The notes beneath the pieces are model-generated. The model was not told the DNA's origin. It did no database searches and saw nothing but the letters and a program-made list of their open reading frames with translations. Below are positions 43,925-52,912 of a stretch of 64,000 bases of DNA, piece after piece. A program made the translations under genes and the position numbers. The stretch comes from an uncultured Ruficoccus sp. (lineage in GTDB: Bacteria > Verrucomicrobiota > Verrucomicrobiia > Opitutales > Cerasicoccaceae), in NCBI GenBank assembly GCA_965140785.1, contig OZ223481.1:640001-704000 (forward strand), written 5' to 3'. Numbering within the stretch: position 1 is the stretch's first letter; every line of letters starts with the position of its first letter.

Positions 43925-43951
43925 TAAAGGGCAAAGAAATAGCTCCGATAA
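43925..43951 (+). promoter_or_regulatory. sigma-28 (FliA/WhiG)-type promoter
   Basis: TAAA-GGGCAAAGAAATAGC(15)-TCCGATAA. Confidence 0.65.
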
Positions 43952-43975
43952 GACGAACCGCACCATTTTATAGAT

Positions 43976-44878
43976 ATGCATACCAAGAAATTTGCCATCC
44001 TTGCCGGCAGCCTGTCTCTGCTCATGGCTGCCCCCTTCGCATCCGGTGTTACTTATGCCGTAGATGACTTTGAGTCTTATTCAGTGGGTTCCATCGCTGG
44101 CAATAACGGCGGTACCGGCTGGGCTGGCGCCTGGTCTGGAGCTCCCGGCCAGGGTGTCGTCGACACCTCCTCCAATCCGCTGACCTACACTGTAAACGGC
44201 GGGAACACGCTGACCGGCGGTAACAAGTCGCTCCAACTGACGGGCTCCACCCAGTATGCGGCCTCCCGCGATCTGGCCAGCCCGCAAACCGGCGCGATTT
44301 ACATCAGCTATCTGATGCGCGTGGACGGGACGACGATTCAGGACAACGATTTCGCCAGCATGTGGCTGAACGCCCCCGGCACCGCCGCGAGCAATCCCGG
44401 CCCCTCCACCGGCTTTAAGGCTAACAACGGCGACGGTGCGGGTACCGAAGACTTCTTCATCCGCCCCTATCATGACGGCAACAACGCCGGCTACGCGGGG
44501 GACGTGAACCTCGGCGAAACCTATCTGGTCGTGGCCAAGTTCGAAGCCAGCGGTGCCAACGGGGCCAACTACGACACCTTTAGCCTCTGGGTGAATCCGG
44601 ATGCCTGGGACGAATTTGCCCCGGACGCCACTTATTACGGGGAGAGCTACATCACGCAGCTCAATACGCTGGGCTTCCGCTCGGCCAACCTCGACAATGG
44701 TACCTCCGTCCTGATCGACAACTTCACCACCACGGACAACTTTGAGGAGTCCATCGGTGGATTCAGCCCGACCACGGTCCCCTTCGATCCGGGGGCCGGA
44801 CTTGGGATGGCTTTCGTTGGCTGGTTCGCCTGGCGCCGCTTCAAGCGTCGTTTGAGCGACAAGCAGGCAGCTGCTTAA
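43976..44878 (+). CDS. secreted surface protein with VPFDPG tail, paralogue of 42017-42922
   Basis: near-identical signal peptide and tail (VPFDPGAGLGMAFVGWFAWRRFKRR); alignable along the full length. Confidence 0.85.
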   Translation: MHTKKFAILAGSLSLLMAAPFASGVTYAVDDFESYSVGSIAGNNGGTGWAGAWSGAPGQGVVDTSSNPLTYTVNGGNTLTGGNKSLQLTGSTQYAASRDLASPQTGAIYISYLMRVDGTTIQDNDFASMWLNAPGTAASNPGPSTGFKANNGDGAGTEDFFIRPYHDGNNAGYAGDVNLGETYLVVAKFEASGANGANYDTFSLWVNPDAWDEFAPDATYYGESYITQLNTLGFRSANLDNGTSVLIDNFTTTDNFEESIGGFSPTTVPFDPGAGLGMAFVGWFAWRRFKRRLSDKQAAA

Positions 44879-44886
44879 ATTTTAAG

Positions 44887-44917
44887 AGGGGCCCTCACCA
44901 TGGGGCTCCTTTTTTTT
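44887..44917 (+). terminator. intrinsic terminator
   Basis: AGGGGCCC..GGGCTCCT stem followed by a T-run. Confidence 0.7.
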
Positions 44918-44971
44918 AACAGGAAGTCCGGAAAGGACGTAAAGCAGGCTCATGCAGGGGTCTTCGGCCTT

Positions 44972-45406
44972 TCAACCCGCCTGAGACAAAAAGCTTAACG
45001 CGGCGCTGTAGCCGCTGAAGCCGAGCCCGGAGATGACGGCCTCGCAGACCGGGGCAGTCAAGCTCTTGTGGCGAAATTCCTCGCGCTGGTAGATGTTGGA
45101 GATGTGCACCTCCACGCAGCGCAGGCCGGTCCCGGCGATGGCGTCGCGCAGGGCCACGCTCGTATGGGTGAAGGCGCCGGGATTGACGACCGCGCCCGCG
45201 AACCCCGCGTCGGCCCAGGCAGCAAGCTTGTCGATCAGCTCGCCCTCATGGTTGGACTGGAAGCAATCGAGGCTCACCCCGGCCGTGTCGGCTTCTTGCT
45301 GGAGCTGGGCGAGCAGGTCGTCGAGGGTGGCATGACCGTAGATGTCCGGTTCGCGCTTGCCGAGCCGGTTCAGGTTGGGACCGTTGAGGATGCCGATTTG
45401 CTTCAT
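44972..45406 (-). CDS. aroQ: type II 3-dehydroquinate dehydratase
   Basis: LNGPNLNRLGKREPDIYG, QSNHEG, NPGAFTHTSVALRDA, EVHISN..QREEFRH. Confidence 0.97.
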   Translation of the reverse strand: MKQIGILNGPNLNRLGKREPDIYGHATLDDLLAQLQQEADTAGVSLDCFQSNHEGELIDKLAAWADAGFAGAVVNPGAFTHTSVALRDAIAGTGLRCVEVHISNIYQREEFRHKSLTAPVCEAVISGLGFSGYSAALSFLSQAG

Positions 45407-45615
45407 GGGGAGGAGTTTTACCGCAGAAAAACACGAAAGGGGAGACTGAAATTGCAGGACAGAGTCCTGCACCTGTGATCTTTACGGATCACGGATGCTG
45501 CCGCCAACGCTGCAGCATGGGCCGTAGTGGTGGTCGCCAACTCAAACGAACTTCGTAAGCCTCGTACAGGCAGGGTACGAATCTTGTAGGTAGATTTCCA
45601 TCTATAGCGAGCAAT

Positions 45616-45677
45616 GGGGTAGCGGCCTTTTGGCCGCGTAGGGGCGGAGCCCCTCCATACCCGCGGGTGTAACCCGC
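45616..45677. repeat. REP-like element (GTAG family)
   Basis: GGGGTAGCGGCC-TTTT-GGCCGC-GTAGGGGCGGAGCCCCT...GCGGGTGTAACCCGC; reverse-complement homologue of 19808-19869. Confidence 0.7.
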
Positions 45678-46432
45678 TAGAGGGGGCAGTCGGTAGGGAG
45701 GAATTCCCACTCCAGGCCGAATTTTTCGGCGCACTCGGCGGCGAGCGCCATGACACCGAAGACCTCGGTCGCGTAGTGGCCGCCGAGGTAGAGGTTAAAA
45801 CCCTCCTCCTGGGCGATGTTGAAATGCTCCTGCTTGAGCTCGCCGGTGAGAAAGGTGTCGATCCCGGCGGCTTTGAGGTGGGCGATGGCGGACTGGCCGC
45901 TGCCGGAGAGCAGGCCCATGCGCTTGGGTTGCTCGGGGCCGCACTCGATGGCGGTGAAGCTGGCCGGGAACAGCTCCTGGATGCGCTGGCGCAGGACGGT
46001 GCGCAGGGGAACGTTTTCGATGATCGCACCGATGCAGTGGCCTTCGTAGGGCAGGAACCAGTCGGTGATCTCCAGGGCCAGGCGGCGGGCGATGCAGGCG
46101 TTGTTGCCGATCTTGCGGTGCAGGTCCAGCGGCAGGTGGCTGCTGTACACGGCGATGTCGGCCTCGAACAGTTTGCGCACCTTGCGGTAGTTCGCCCCGG
46201 TCATCGGCAGGGGGGGCTTCCAGTTCATGCCGTGATGGACGATGAGAAAGTCCACCCCCGCAGCGGCGGCCAGCTCGAAGGGCACGGCCCCGGCGTCCAC
46301 GGCGGCGCCGATCTTCGTGACTTTCCCCGAGTTGGCGGCCTGGAGGCCGTTCATGGCAGGCGCAAAGTCCGTGATTTGCGAGCGGTTTGTGCGCTCGTCA
46401 CAAAAGGCTACGAGGTCTTCCAGTCGCGGCAT
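45677..46432 (-). CDS. Nif3-like dinuclear metal centre protein (YbgI/YqfO family)
   Basis: NGLQ, LIVHHG, YSSHLPLDLH..IGNN, TGE, GGHYATE.FGV. Confidence 0.93.
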   Translation of the reverse strand: MPRLEDLVAFCDERTNRSQITDFAPAMNGLQAANSGKVTKIGAAVDAGAVPFELAAAAGVDFLIVHHGMNWKPPLPMTGANYRKVRKLFEADIAVYSSHLPLDLHRKIGNNACIARRLALEITDWFLPYEGHCIGAIIENVPLRTVLRQRIQELFPASFTAIECGPEQPKRMGLLSGSGQSAIAHLKAAGIDTFLTGELKQEHFNIAQEEGFNLYLGGHYATEVFGVMALAAECAEKFGLEWEFLPTDCPL

Positions 46433-46567
46433 GCCTCCTAATTAGAGGCAATACGGGACCGACTTCCATGAAAAAACCTCAGGTAATGGAATTTCCCCCG
46501 GCCATCTCAGGGGCAAAAGGGATTGCTCCTGCGCAACTTCGGGGGGATAATAGGCGTTTCTTTACCC

Positions 46568-47242
46568 ATGCCAGATTTTAAGCAAATTCGGGGTGTTGTC
46601 TTCGACATGGACGGGCTCATGCTCGATACGGAGCGTCTGTTCCGGCGGGCTTACCAGCAGGCCGCGATGGAGGTCGGGGTACACTTTCCGGACGAATTGT
46701 ACGCCGAAATGATCGGTCACCGGGCTGATTCGAGCCAGCGCATCCTGCGCGAGGGGCTGGGCCCGGGCGTCCCCCACGAGGAGATCATCGAGGGCGCGCG
46801 CCGGCACTACTACGCGCTGCTGGAAAAAGACGGCGTACCCGTGCGCCCCGGCCTGTTGGAAACGCTGGACTACCTCGATGAAGTTTCGATGCCCCGGGCC
46901 GTGGCCACCTCGACCCACGCCGGGCTGACTCAGAGTAAGCTGACCGCCGCCGGCCTTTCCGCCCGCCTGCCTGTCGTGGTGAGCGGGGACCAGGTCGAGA
47001 ACGGAAAACCCTCGCCGGACATCTACCTGCGTGCGGCCGAGTTGTTGGAGCTCGACCCGATACACTGCCTCGTGCTGGAGGATTCCGCCACCGGCCTGGA
47101 GGGAGCCCACCGCGCCGGTATGATGCCGGTGCTCATTCCGGACCTGCGCGAGCCCACCGACAGGATGCGCGAACACGCCGCTTGTATTTATTCTTCACTA
47201 CACGACTTTGCCGAAGCCTTCCGCCGCGGGCGGGAGAGCTGA
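46568..47242 (+). CDS. HAD-superfamily phosphatase
   Basis: FDMDGLMLDTE, GKPSPDIYL, LEDSATG. Confidence 0.9.
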   Translation: MPDFKQIRGVVFDMDGLMLDTERLFRRAYQQAAMEVGVHFPDELYAEMIGHRADSSQRILREGLGPGVPHEEIIEGARRHYYALLEKDGVPVRPGLLETLDYLDEVSMPRAVATSTHAGLTQSKLTAAGLSARLPVVVSGDQVENGKPSPDIYLRAAELLELDPIHCLVLEDSATGLEGAHRAGMMPVLIPDLREPTDRMREHAACIYSSLHDFAEAFRRGRES

Positions 47243-47279
47243 GCCCGCAATCGCATTGATTGCCAACCGCCGCCGCCCC

Positions 47280-48417
47280 ATGCACCGATTTCTCCGCCAC
47301 CGCCCCTGGTTCCTTTTGCTGGGGCTGCTGCTGATAACCGCCTCTCCACTGGAGGCCGCCCGCACCATTGGTAAGCTGGAGGCCGGGGACAAGGTTTACT
47401 ACAACGTCCGCGTGAAGGAAGTACTGCCGGATGCGATCATCATCCTGCACCAGGAGGGAATCGCCAAGGTTCCGCTGGAGGACCTGCCGGAAAATCTCCA
47501 ACGGGCCTTCCACTACGATCCCGAGCGGGCCAAGGCGTACCGGGCTTACCTGGCCAAGCAGGAGGAGGCCCGTCGCCAGCAGCAGGCGCAGGAAAAAGCG
47601 AAGCGGGCGAAAGAGCAGAAGGCCAAAAACAAGCCCGTGACCCTGGCCGACCGGATGCTGCCCCTGTTCGGCAGCCCGCCCGAACTTCAGGAGCGCGTGG
47701 ACCTGCGGCCCGAGTTCCGCGAGATGGGCTTTTATGCGAAAAGCCAGGGACGCCGCCCGAGCTGCGCGGTCTTCTCCGTGGTCAGCGCGCTGGAGTACCA
47801 ACTGGGGCGCAACACCGGCGAACCCCGTCGGCTCTCCGAAGAGTACCTCATCTGGGCCACGCGCCAGTCACTCGGGATGTCGCAGATCCGCATGAAAGAC
47901 GGCGGGGACATGACCGGCGACGAGGACCTGGGTTTTACGCTGATGGAGGTGGTGCAGGCGCTGCGGGCCTACGGCGTGGCGGATGCCGAGGACTTGCCCA
48001 ATACCTTCGGCGCATCCATGGCCGAGATCGAGGAGCCGCCCACCGAAACGGTGGAAAAAGCCCGCGACCGCCGCCGCGTCGAGGCCTACTGGGTCAGTGG
48101 CCGCACCCCGGAGGAGCAGCTCGACGGCATTTTTCATCTGCTCAACAACGATGTGCCCGTCGTCATCGGCCTGGCCTGGCCCAACTACGCGGCGGTTTCA
48201 CGCTCGCCGCTGATCGACGACCAGACGCCGCGGGCGGGGGGCCGGGCACGCCGTCACCCTCGTGGGCTACAAGTGTGAGTCCGGCAACCCCGAGGACGCG
48301 CGTTTCCAGTTCAAAAACTCCTGGGGCCCGCGCTGGGGCAACGGCGGTTACGGTTGGGTCTCCTGGGACTACCTGCGAGACAACCTGCACAGCGCGGTCT
48401 TCCTCGACTGCGAGTGA
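47280..48417 (+). CDS. secreted papain-like (C1) cysteine peptidase; frameshift at the G-run about 48236-48241
   Basis: SQGRRPSCAVFS (Q..C), LSEEYL; after the shift GHAVTLVGY...KNSWGPRWGNGGYGWV. Confidence 0.85.
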
Positions 48418-48482
48418 GTGCTTCCGAGCGCTCACTCTTTCAAACCGTCAAACGCTCAAGCATGTAAACTTCCCCGCGTGGA

Positions 48483-49649
48483 TCACGCCGGAGGCAGGCG
48501 GCTGATGATATCGTCGCGGTTGGCGTGAAAGATCGCTTCCTCACGGGTGATGACGCCTTCCTCGCACAGGTTGACCAACTGGCGCTCCAGCGTTATCATG
48601 CCGACCTCGGCGCTGGTTTCCATCGCCGAGTAAACCTGGGCGAGCTTGGCGGTGCGCAGGAAGTTGCCCATCTGCGGAGTGTTGCGGAAGACCTCCATGG
48701 CCACCGCGCGGCCATTGCCGTCGGCGCGGGGGACGAGCTTCTGGCTGAGCACGTAGGAGAGGCTGAAGGAGAGCTGCGTGCACAGTTCGCGCTCCCGGTC
48801 GGAGGGGAACATGTCGATCAGACGGGTCAGCGCGCCGATGCAGTCGCGGGTGTGCAGCGTGGCGAAAACGAGGTGGCCGGTTTCGGCGGCGGTGAGGGTG
48901 AGGGCGGCGGTTTCGAGGTCGCGGATTTCACCGACGAGGATGATGTCCGGGTCCTCGCGCAACGCGCTGCGCAGCCCCGCCGAAAAGGACGAGGTGTGCA
49001 TGCCCACCTCCCGCTGGGAAATGAGCGAGCGGTCGCTTTTAAAGATGTACTCGATCGGGTCCTCCAGCGTGATGATGCGCAGTGAGCGGGTGCGGATGAT
49101 CGCGTGCAGCAGGCTGGCGATGGTGGTGGACTTACCGCTGCCGGTGACCCCGGAGACGATGACCAGCCCCTGGCGCATGCCCACGATGCGCTGCCAGATA
49201 CTGTCGTAGGGGAAGCCGACCTCGGAAATTTCGGGGATACGCGGAGGGAGCAGCCGGATGACCGCAGCCAGGCCGGTGCTGTCCCGAAAGGCGTTGATGC
49301 GGTAGCTGTAGGTGCCTTCGGGCAGATCCAGCGCGTAGCCGCAGTCGATGTCATCCATCAGGTTCTGCTGCATGTGTGCCCGGTCGGACTCGGACAGCAG
49401 GGGGTAGATCAGCGCCTCGGCCAGCTCCTGGGTGAGCACCTCTCCCCCGGGGATGGAGTGGAGGTCCTCGTCCATGCGGAAGCGCACTGGCTGGCCCACC
49501 TTGAGGTGAAAGTCCGAGATGCGCGGCAGCCCGTTGCTCATGTACTCCGGATCAATCGCGCTGCTGAGCAAGTCCACGATGCTGTAGCGCGTGTCGTTGG
49601 CGCTATAGACTTTGTTCTCGAGGTCGTAGGTGGGCGGAGGCGTGGACAT
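48483..49649 (-). CDS. pilT: PilT/PilU-family type IV pilus retraction ATPase
   Basis: GVTGSGKSTT, TLEDPIE, QREVG, LREDPDIILVGEIRD, AAETGHLVFATLHT. Confidence 0.9.
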   Translation of the reverse strand: MSTPPPTYDLENKVYSANDTRYSIVDLLSSAIDPEYMSNGLPRISDFHLKVGQPVRFRMDEDLHSIPGGEVLTQELAEALIYPLLSESDRAHMQQNLMDDIDCGYALDLPEGTYSYRINAFRDSTGLAAVIRLLPPRIPEISEVGFPYDSIWQRIVGMRQGLVIVSGVTGSGKSTTIASLLHAIIRTRSLRIITLEDPIEYIFKSDRSLISQREVGMHTSSFSAGLRSALREDPDIILVGEIRDLETAALTLTAAETGHLVFATLHTRDCIGALTRLIDMFPSDRERELCTQLSFSLSYVLSQKLVPRADGNGRAVAMEVFRNTPQMGNFLRTAKLAQVYSAMETSAEVGMITLERQLVNLCEEGVITREEAIFHANRDDIISRLPPA

Positions 49650-49673
49650 GAGTGGATAAAGGGGCGGAAAGGG

Positions 49674-50423
49674 TCAAGGTTTCGGGGCGAGCTTTGCGTC
49701 GTCCGTTTTTTTCTCGATCGTAAAGATGACGTAGATATAGCTGCGGAAACTTATGGTCTGGGGAAGGTAATAAACGGAGCCTTCGTCGCTGGACGCAGGA
49801 GCGTATTGGATACTATAGCTTTCATCCGGGACATATCGCAGGTGGATGTTCATGAAATGCTCTTCGGAGATCGTGTAAACGCCTTTAACTTGCATGCCAA
49901 ACTTACCGGTCAGCAGGTTGGCTTTTTCTTTGGCATTAGCGACGGCTTCGTTCAGCAGTTCGTCTTCAATCGTTTTCTCCTTGGTCGAGCCGAAATAGAC
50001 ATACAGTCTTCCAGTGCTTTCCCGCTGGTTGAGGTAATCCACCAGCAACGGAAAGGCATCCAACTGATCGAGCGTAATTTTTACGTCTCGGTTGGTTTCG
50101 TAAACCTGCGGCTTGGTCTTTTCCCAAGAGTTGGCCCGCTTACCCTCAGTCTGGATTTCATAGGAGACGATGCCTGTTGTCGGCAGATGGTTGCTCTCAA
50201 AGAAATCGAGCAACTTCGTGAACTCGCCATTGTTGGCGCTCAGGGCGTCGTCATAGGTCTCGCCGCGGGTCAGAATGTCGAGCGAGAGGGTGAACTGGTC
50301 GGGCGGGACTTTCCGGATCGCCTCACCCTCGACATGGATGAAGGGCTCGTTGGGCGTGACCTCGGCATTGAGCCAGGCTGTGAAAAAGAGGAGAAGGAGG
50401 AAAACTTTCGGAGAGTGGGGCAT
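49674..50423 (-). CDS. SIMPL (DUF541) domain periplasmic protein
   Basis: signal peptide, IHVEGEA..KVPPD, L.EAVANAKEKA..L. Confidence 0.8.
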   Translation of the reverse strand: MPHSPKVFLLLLFFTAWLNAEVTPNEPFIHVEGEAIRKVPPDQFTLSLDILTRGETYDDALSANNGEFTKLLDFFESNHLPTTGIVSYEIQTEGKRANSWEKTKPQVYETNRDVKITLDQLDAFPLLVDYLNQRESTGRLYVYFGSTKEKTIEDELLNEAVANAKEKANLLTGKFGMQVKGVYTISEEHFMNIHLRYVPDESYSIQYAPASSDEGSVYYLPQTISFRSYIYVIFTIEKKTDDAKLAPKP

Positions 50424-50477
50424 AGGGATAAATATCACTTTCCGGCAAGAAAAGCGGCCTCCGTCTTCGAGGCCTCC

Positions 50478-51173
50478 TCAGGGTAGGAGGCCGCGGGCGC
50501 GTTTGCGCTGGAGGGCGCTGGTCAGAACCTGGCGGATGTGGGCGGAGTTGCCCTCGAAGCCCGGCATGTTGACCAGCCAGGCGTAGATGGCTTCGGCCTG
50601 GTCGGGGGTCATCAGCGAGGGGGTCTCCAGCACGCGGTCGAAGGCGTCCACCACGGCCTGGGCGATGACGCGCACGAGGGTCTTGGCCACATCGGAGCTG
50701 CGGCGCTCGATCAGCATGTCGGCGGCCTCGACGAGCGGGAACTCCTTAAAAATGTTCTGGTAGATGCTCATGGCATCGATGATCTCGACCTCGGTGCGCG
50801 GGTAGAAGCACGCCATTAGATTCCACGGGTAGTCCTTGGCGTCGCCCACGCCGGTGCGGAAGTCGCTGCGCACGATCACCGTCGGGATGTCCGCGAACTT
50901 GGCGAACATGTACTCGACCACGGTGCCCGAGTCCAGTTCGGCCCCGTCGAAGCCGAACAGCGCCAGGTCGCACTCAAGCAGGTTGAGGATGTTGTGATCG
51001 CGCAACTGCTGCGGGGTGCTCTCGGGGCGGGCGAGATTCTGCGGGAGCACGCTGCAATAGCGCCGGTCGGACAAATCGGAGATGGCCTCGGCCAGCAGTG
51101 CGTTGCCGGCAAGGTCTTTGTGGGTAAACAACTCTCCGGCAAAGTAGATATTCAAAGAGGGTACGTCGGCCAT
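50478..51173 (-). CDS. nucleoside 2-deoxyribosyltransferase / N-glycosidase family protein
   Basis: IYFAGELF, LPQ, CD.....DG.ELDSGTVVE..FA, RSDFR, WNLM. Confidence 0.85.
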   Translation of the reverse strand: MADVPSLNIYFAGELFTHKDLAGNALLAEAISDLSDRRYCSVLPQNLARPESTPQQLRDHNILNLLECDLALFGFDGAELDSGTVVEYMFAKFADIPTVIVRSDFRTGVGDAKDYPWNLMACFYPRTEVEIIDAMSIYQNIFKEFPLVEAADMLIERRSSDVAKTLVRVIAQAVVDAFDRVLETPSLMTPDQAEAIYAWLVNMPGFEGNSAHIRQVLTSALQRKRARGLLP

Positions 51174-51281
51174 ATGCCACCTACCGATGGCAGGTGAACC
51201 GCCCGAAAACAACAAAAAAGCGGCCCGCCCGGCGGACCGTTTGCGCTTTGCAAGGCTCTGTCGCGGCCATATCATAACCGC

Positions 51282-52226
51282 ATGCAACCCCTCATTCTCG
51301 TCATCGGTAGCTACAATCAGGATCTCTTCTGGCAAATCCCCGCTTTCCCCGCGCCCGGCCAGACCTGTGTGGGCGCTTTTAGCACACTGCCCGGCGGCAA
51401 GGGTTCCAATCAGGCCGTGGCCATTGCCCGGTTGGGCGTGCCGACCGCCTTTTGCGGCTCAGTGGGGGAGGACACCTTTGGCCGGGCGCTGCCGGCGTTT
51501 TACCGCAGCGAAGGGATCGAGGATCATCTTGTTTACAAAAAAGACCAGCCCACCGGAAATGCCGCCATATGGGTCAACGCCGAGGGCGAAAACCAGATCG
51601 TCATCTCCGCCGGGGCGAACGGCTCGCTGCAACCGGCAGACATCCCGCTGCCGCTGCTGGGGCAGGTCCGCCTGCTCGTCTGCCAGAACGAAAGCTGCCC
51701 GTCGACCACTGCCTGGGCCTTTGAACAGGCGCGCGCCAATGGCGTGACAACCGTGCTCAACCCCGCACCCATGCGGGCGGATTTTCCCTTCTCACTCCTG
51801 CGCCACACGGACGTCCTCGTGCCGAACGAAAGCGAATTCGCCGAATTGCTCGTGCGACTGGGGGAGGCGCCGTCGCCGACTTTTGACGCCGACAGCGTGG
51901 CCGCACTTTCCGCCGAGGAAATGCACGGGCTGTGCCGTAGACTCGGTGTGCCCACGGTGATCGTTACCCTCGGGCGACGCGGGTCGTTTGTCGATCAGGC
52001 GAGCGGTTTTACGCAGGTGCCCGCGCACAGCGGCGTGGAGGCGGTCGATACGACCGGAGCCGGAGACGCCTTTATCGGCGGGCTCTGCGCCCACCTGGTT
52101 GAAAAAGCCCAAGGCCCCGTCGCTGCCGCCCGCTATGCCAGCGCCGTGGCCGCCCTGTCTGTGACGAAAAAAGGCGCAACTCCTGCCATGCCCACCCGCG
52201 CCGAGGTGGAGGCGTTTTTGGGCTAG
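51282..52226 (+). CDS. rbsK: ribokinase (PfkB family)
   Basis: GSYNQD, PGGKGSNQAVA.ARLG, GENQI....GAN, NPAP, PNESE, DTTGAGDAF. Confidence 0.9.
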   Translation: MQPLILVIGSYNQDLFWQIPAFPAPGQTCVGAFSTLPGGKGSNQAVAIARLGVPTAFCGSVGEDTFGRALPAFYRSEGIEDHLVYKKDQPTGNAAIWVNAEGENQIVISAGANGSLQPADIPLPLLGQVRLLVCQNESCPSTTAWAFEQARANGVTTVLNPAPMRADFPFSLLRHTDVLVPNESEFAELLVRLGEAPSPTFDADSVAALSAEEMHGLCRRLGVPTVIVTLGRRGSFVDQASGFTQVPAHSGVEAVDTTGAGDAFIGGLCAHLVEKAQGPVAAARYASAVAALSVTKKGATPAMPTRAEVEAFLG

Positions 52227-52457
52227 TGCCTATTCAGATAAACGAAAAAGCTCAATTTCAGAACGAAAAGACACATTTCAGCCGCTTTGAGCGTTTCTGG
52301 CGGATTGATTGATGAAGAACAGGGTAATTTTAATTTATGCTACGACCGCAGAGGCTCGTGAGCGTGTGCTTGACAATATACGTTATAATATAAATCATTA
52401 TAGGGTGAATGAGTATAATGATGCGCTTAGTTCATTCTCTTCAAGATGTAATTAAAT

Positions 52458-52724
52458 ATGGTCCAAATATATATATACTTTTCGTCTTTTGTTTTAATTG
52501 TCATTGTTTCAATCTATTTGGCCTTTAAGTCTGAATACGGTATTGCAATTATATTGTTTTCTATGATTTTTTTTCCAGCGATAGAGCAGTATGATATTGA
52601 TTATAATTTCATAGGTATGAAGCACATTCAATATTTGCTAATTGAGCGGGTTTTTGTTTTGATTGGATGCTTGTTGGTGGTTCATAAGGTTATAGGTTTA
52701 AGTGGGTTAAGGAATGATGTGTAA
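52458..52724 (+). CDS. small AT-rich hydrophobic hypothetical protein
   Basis: 88-aa ORF with 2-3 hydrophobic segments inside a strongly AT-rich patch. Confidence 0.4.
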   Translation: MVQIYIYFSSFVLIVIVSIYLAFKSEYGIAIILFSMIFFPAIEQYDIDYNFIGMKHIQYLLIERVFVLIGCLLVVHKVIGLSGLRNDV

Positions 52725-52912
52725 GTTTGTGAATGCATTTTCCGTCTTGTTTTTATTTTAACTTGCATTTATACTTTTGGCCAGTCCGACCTAACGTGGA
52801 TGGTGGTAGGGGAGAACCGTGTGGCTACGTATGAACAGCGGGTGGGGCGGAATCTAACAGGCCCTAGAGTATCATTAGTTTAAAAGCGCACCGCAATGGG
52901 AGGTTTCTCTGT

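Noticed and set aside
19766..45677. Shared element after folE2 and the Nif3-family gene as a folate/pterin regulatory RNA
   Set aside because: It lies 3' of both genes, has a REP signature, and a third copy follows the unrelated Smr gene.
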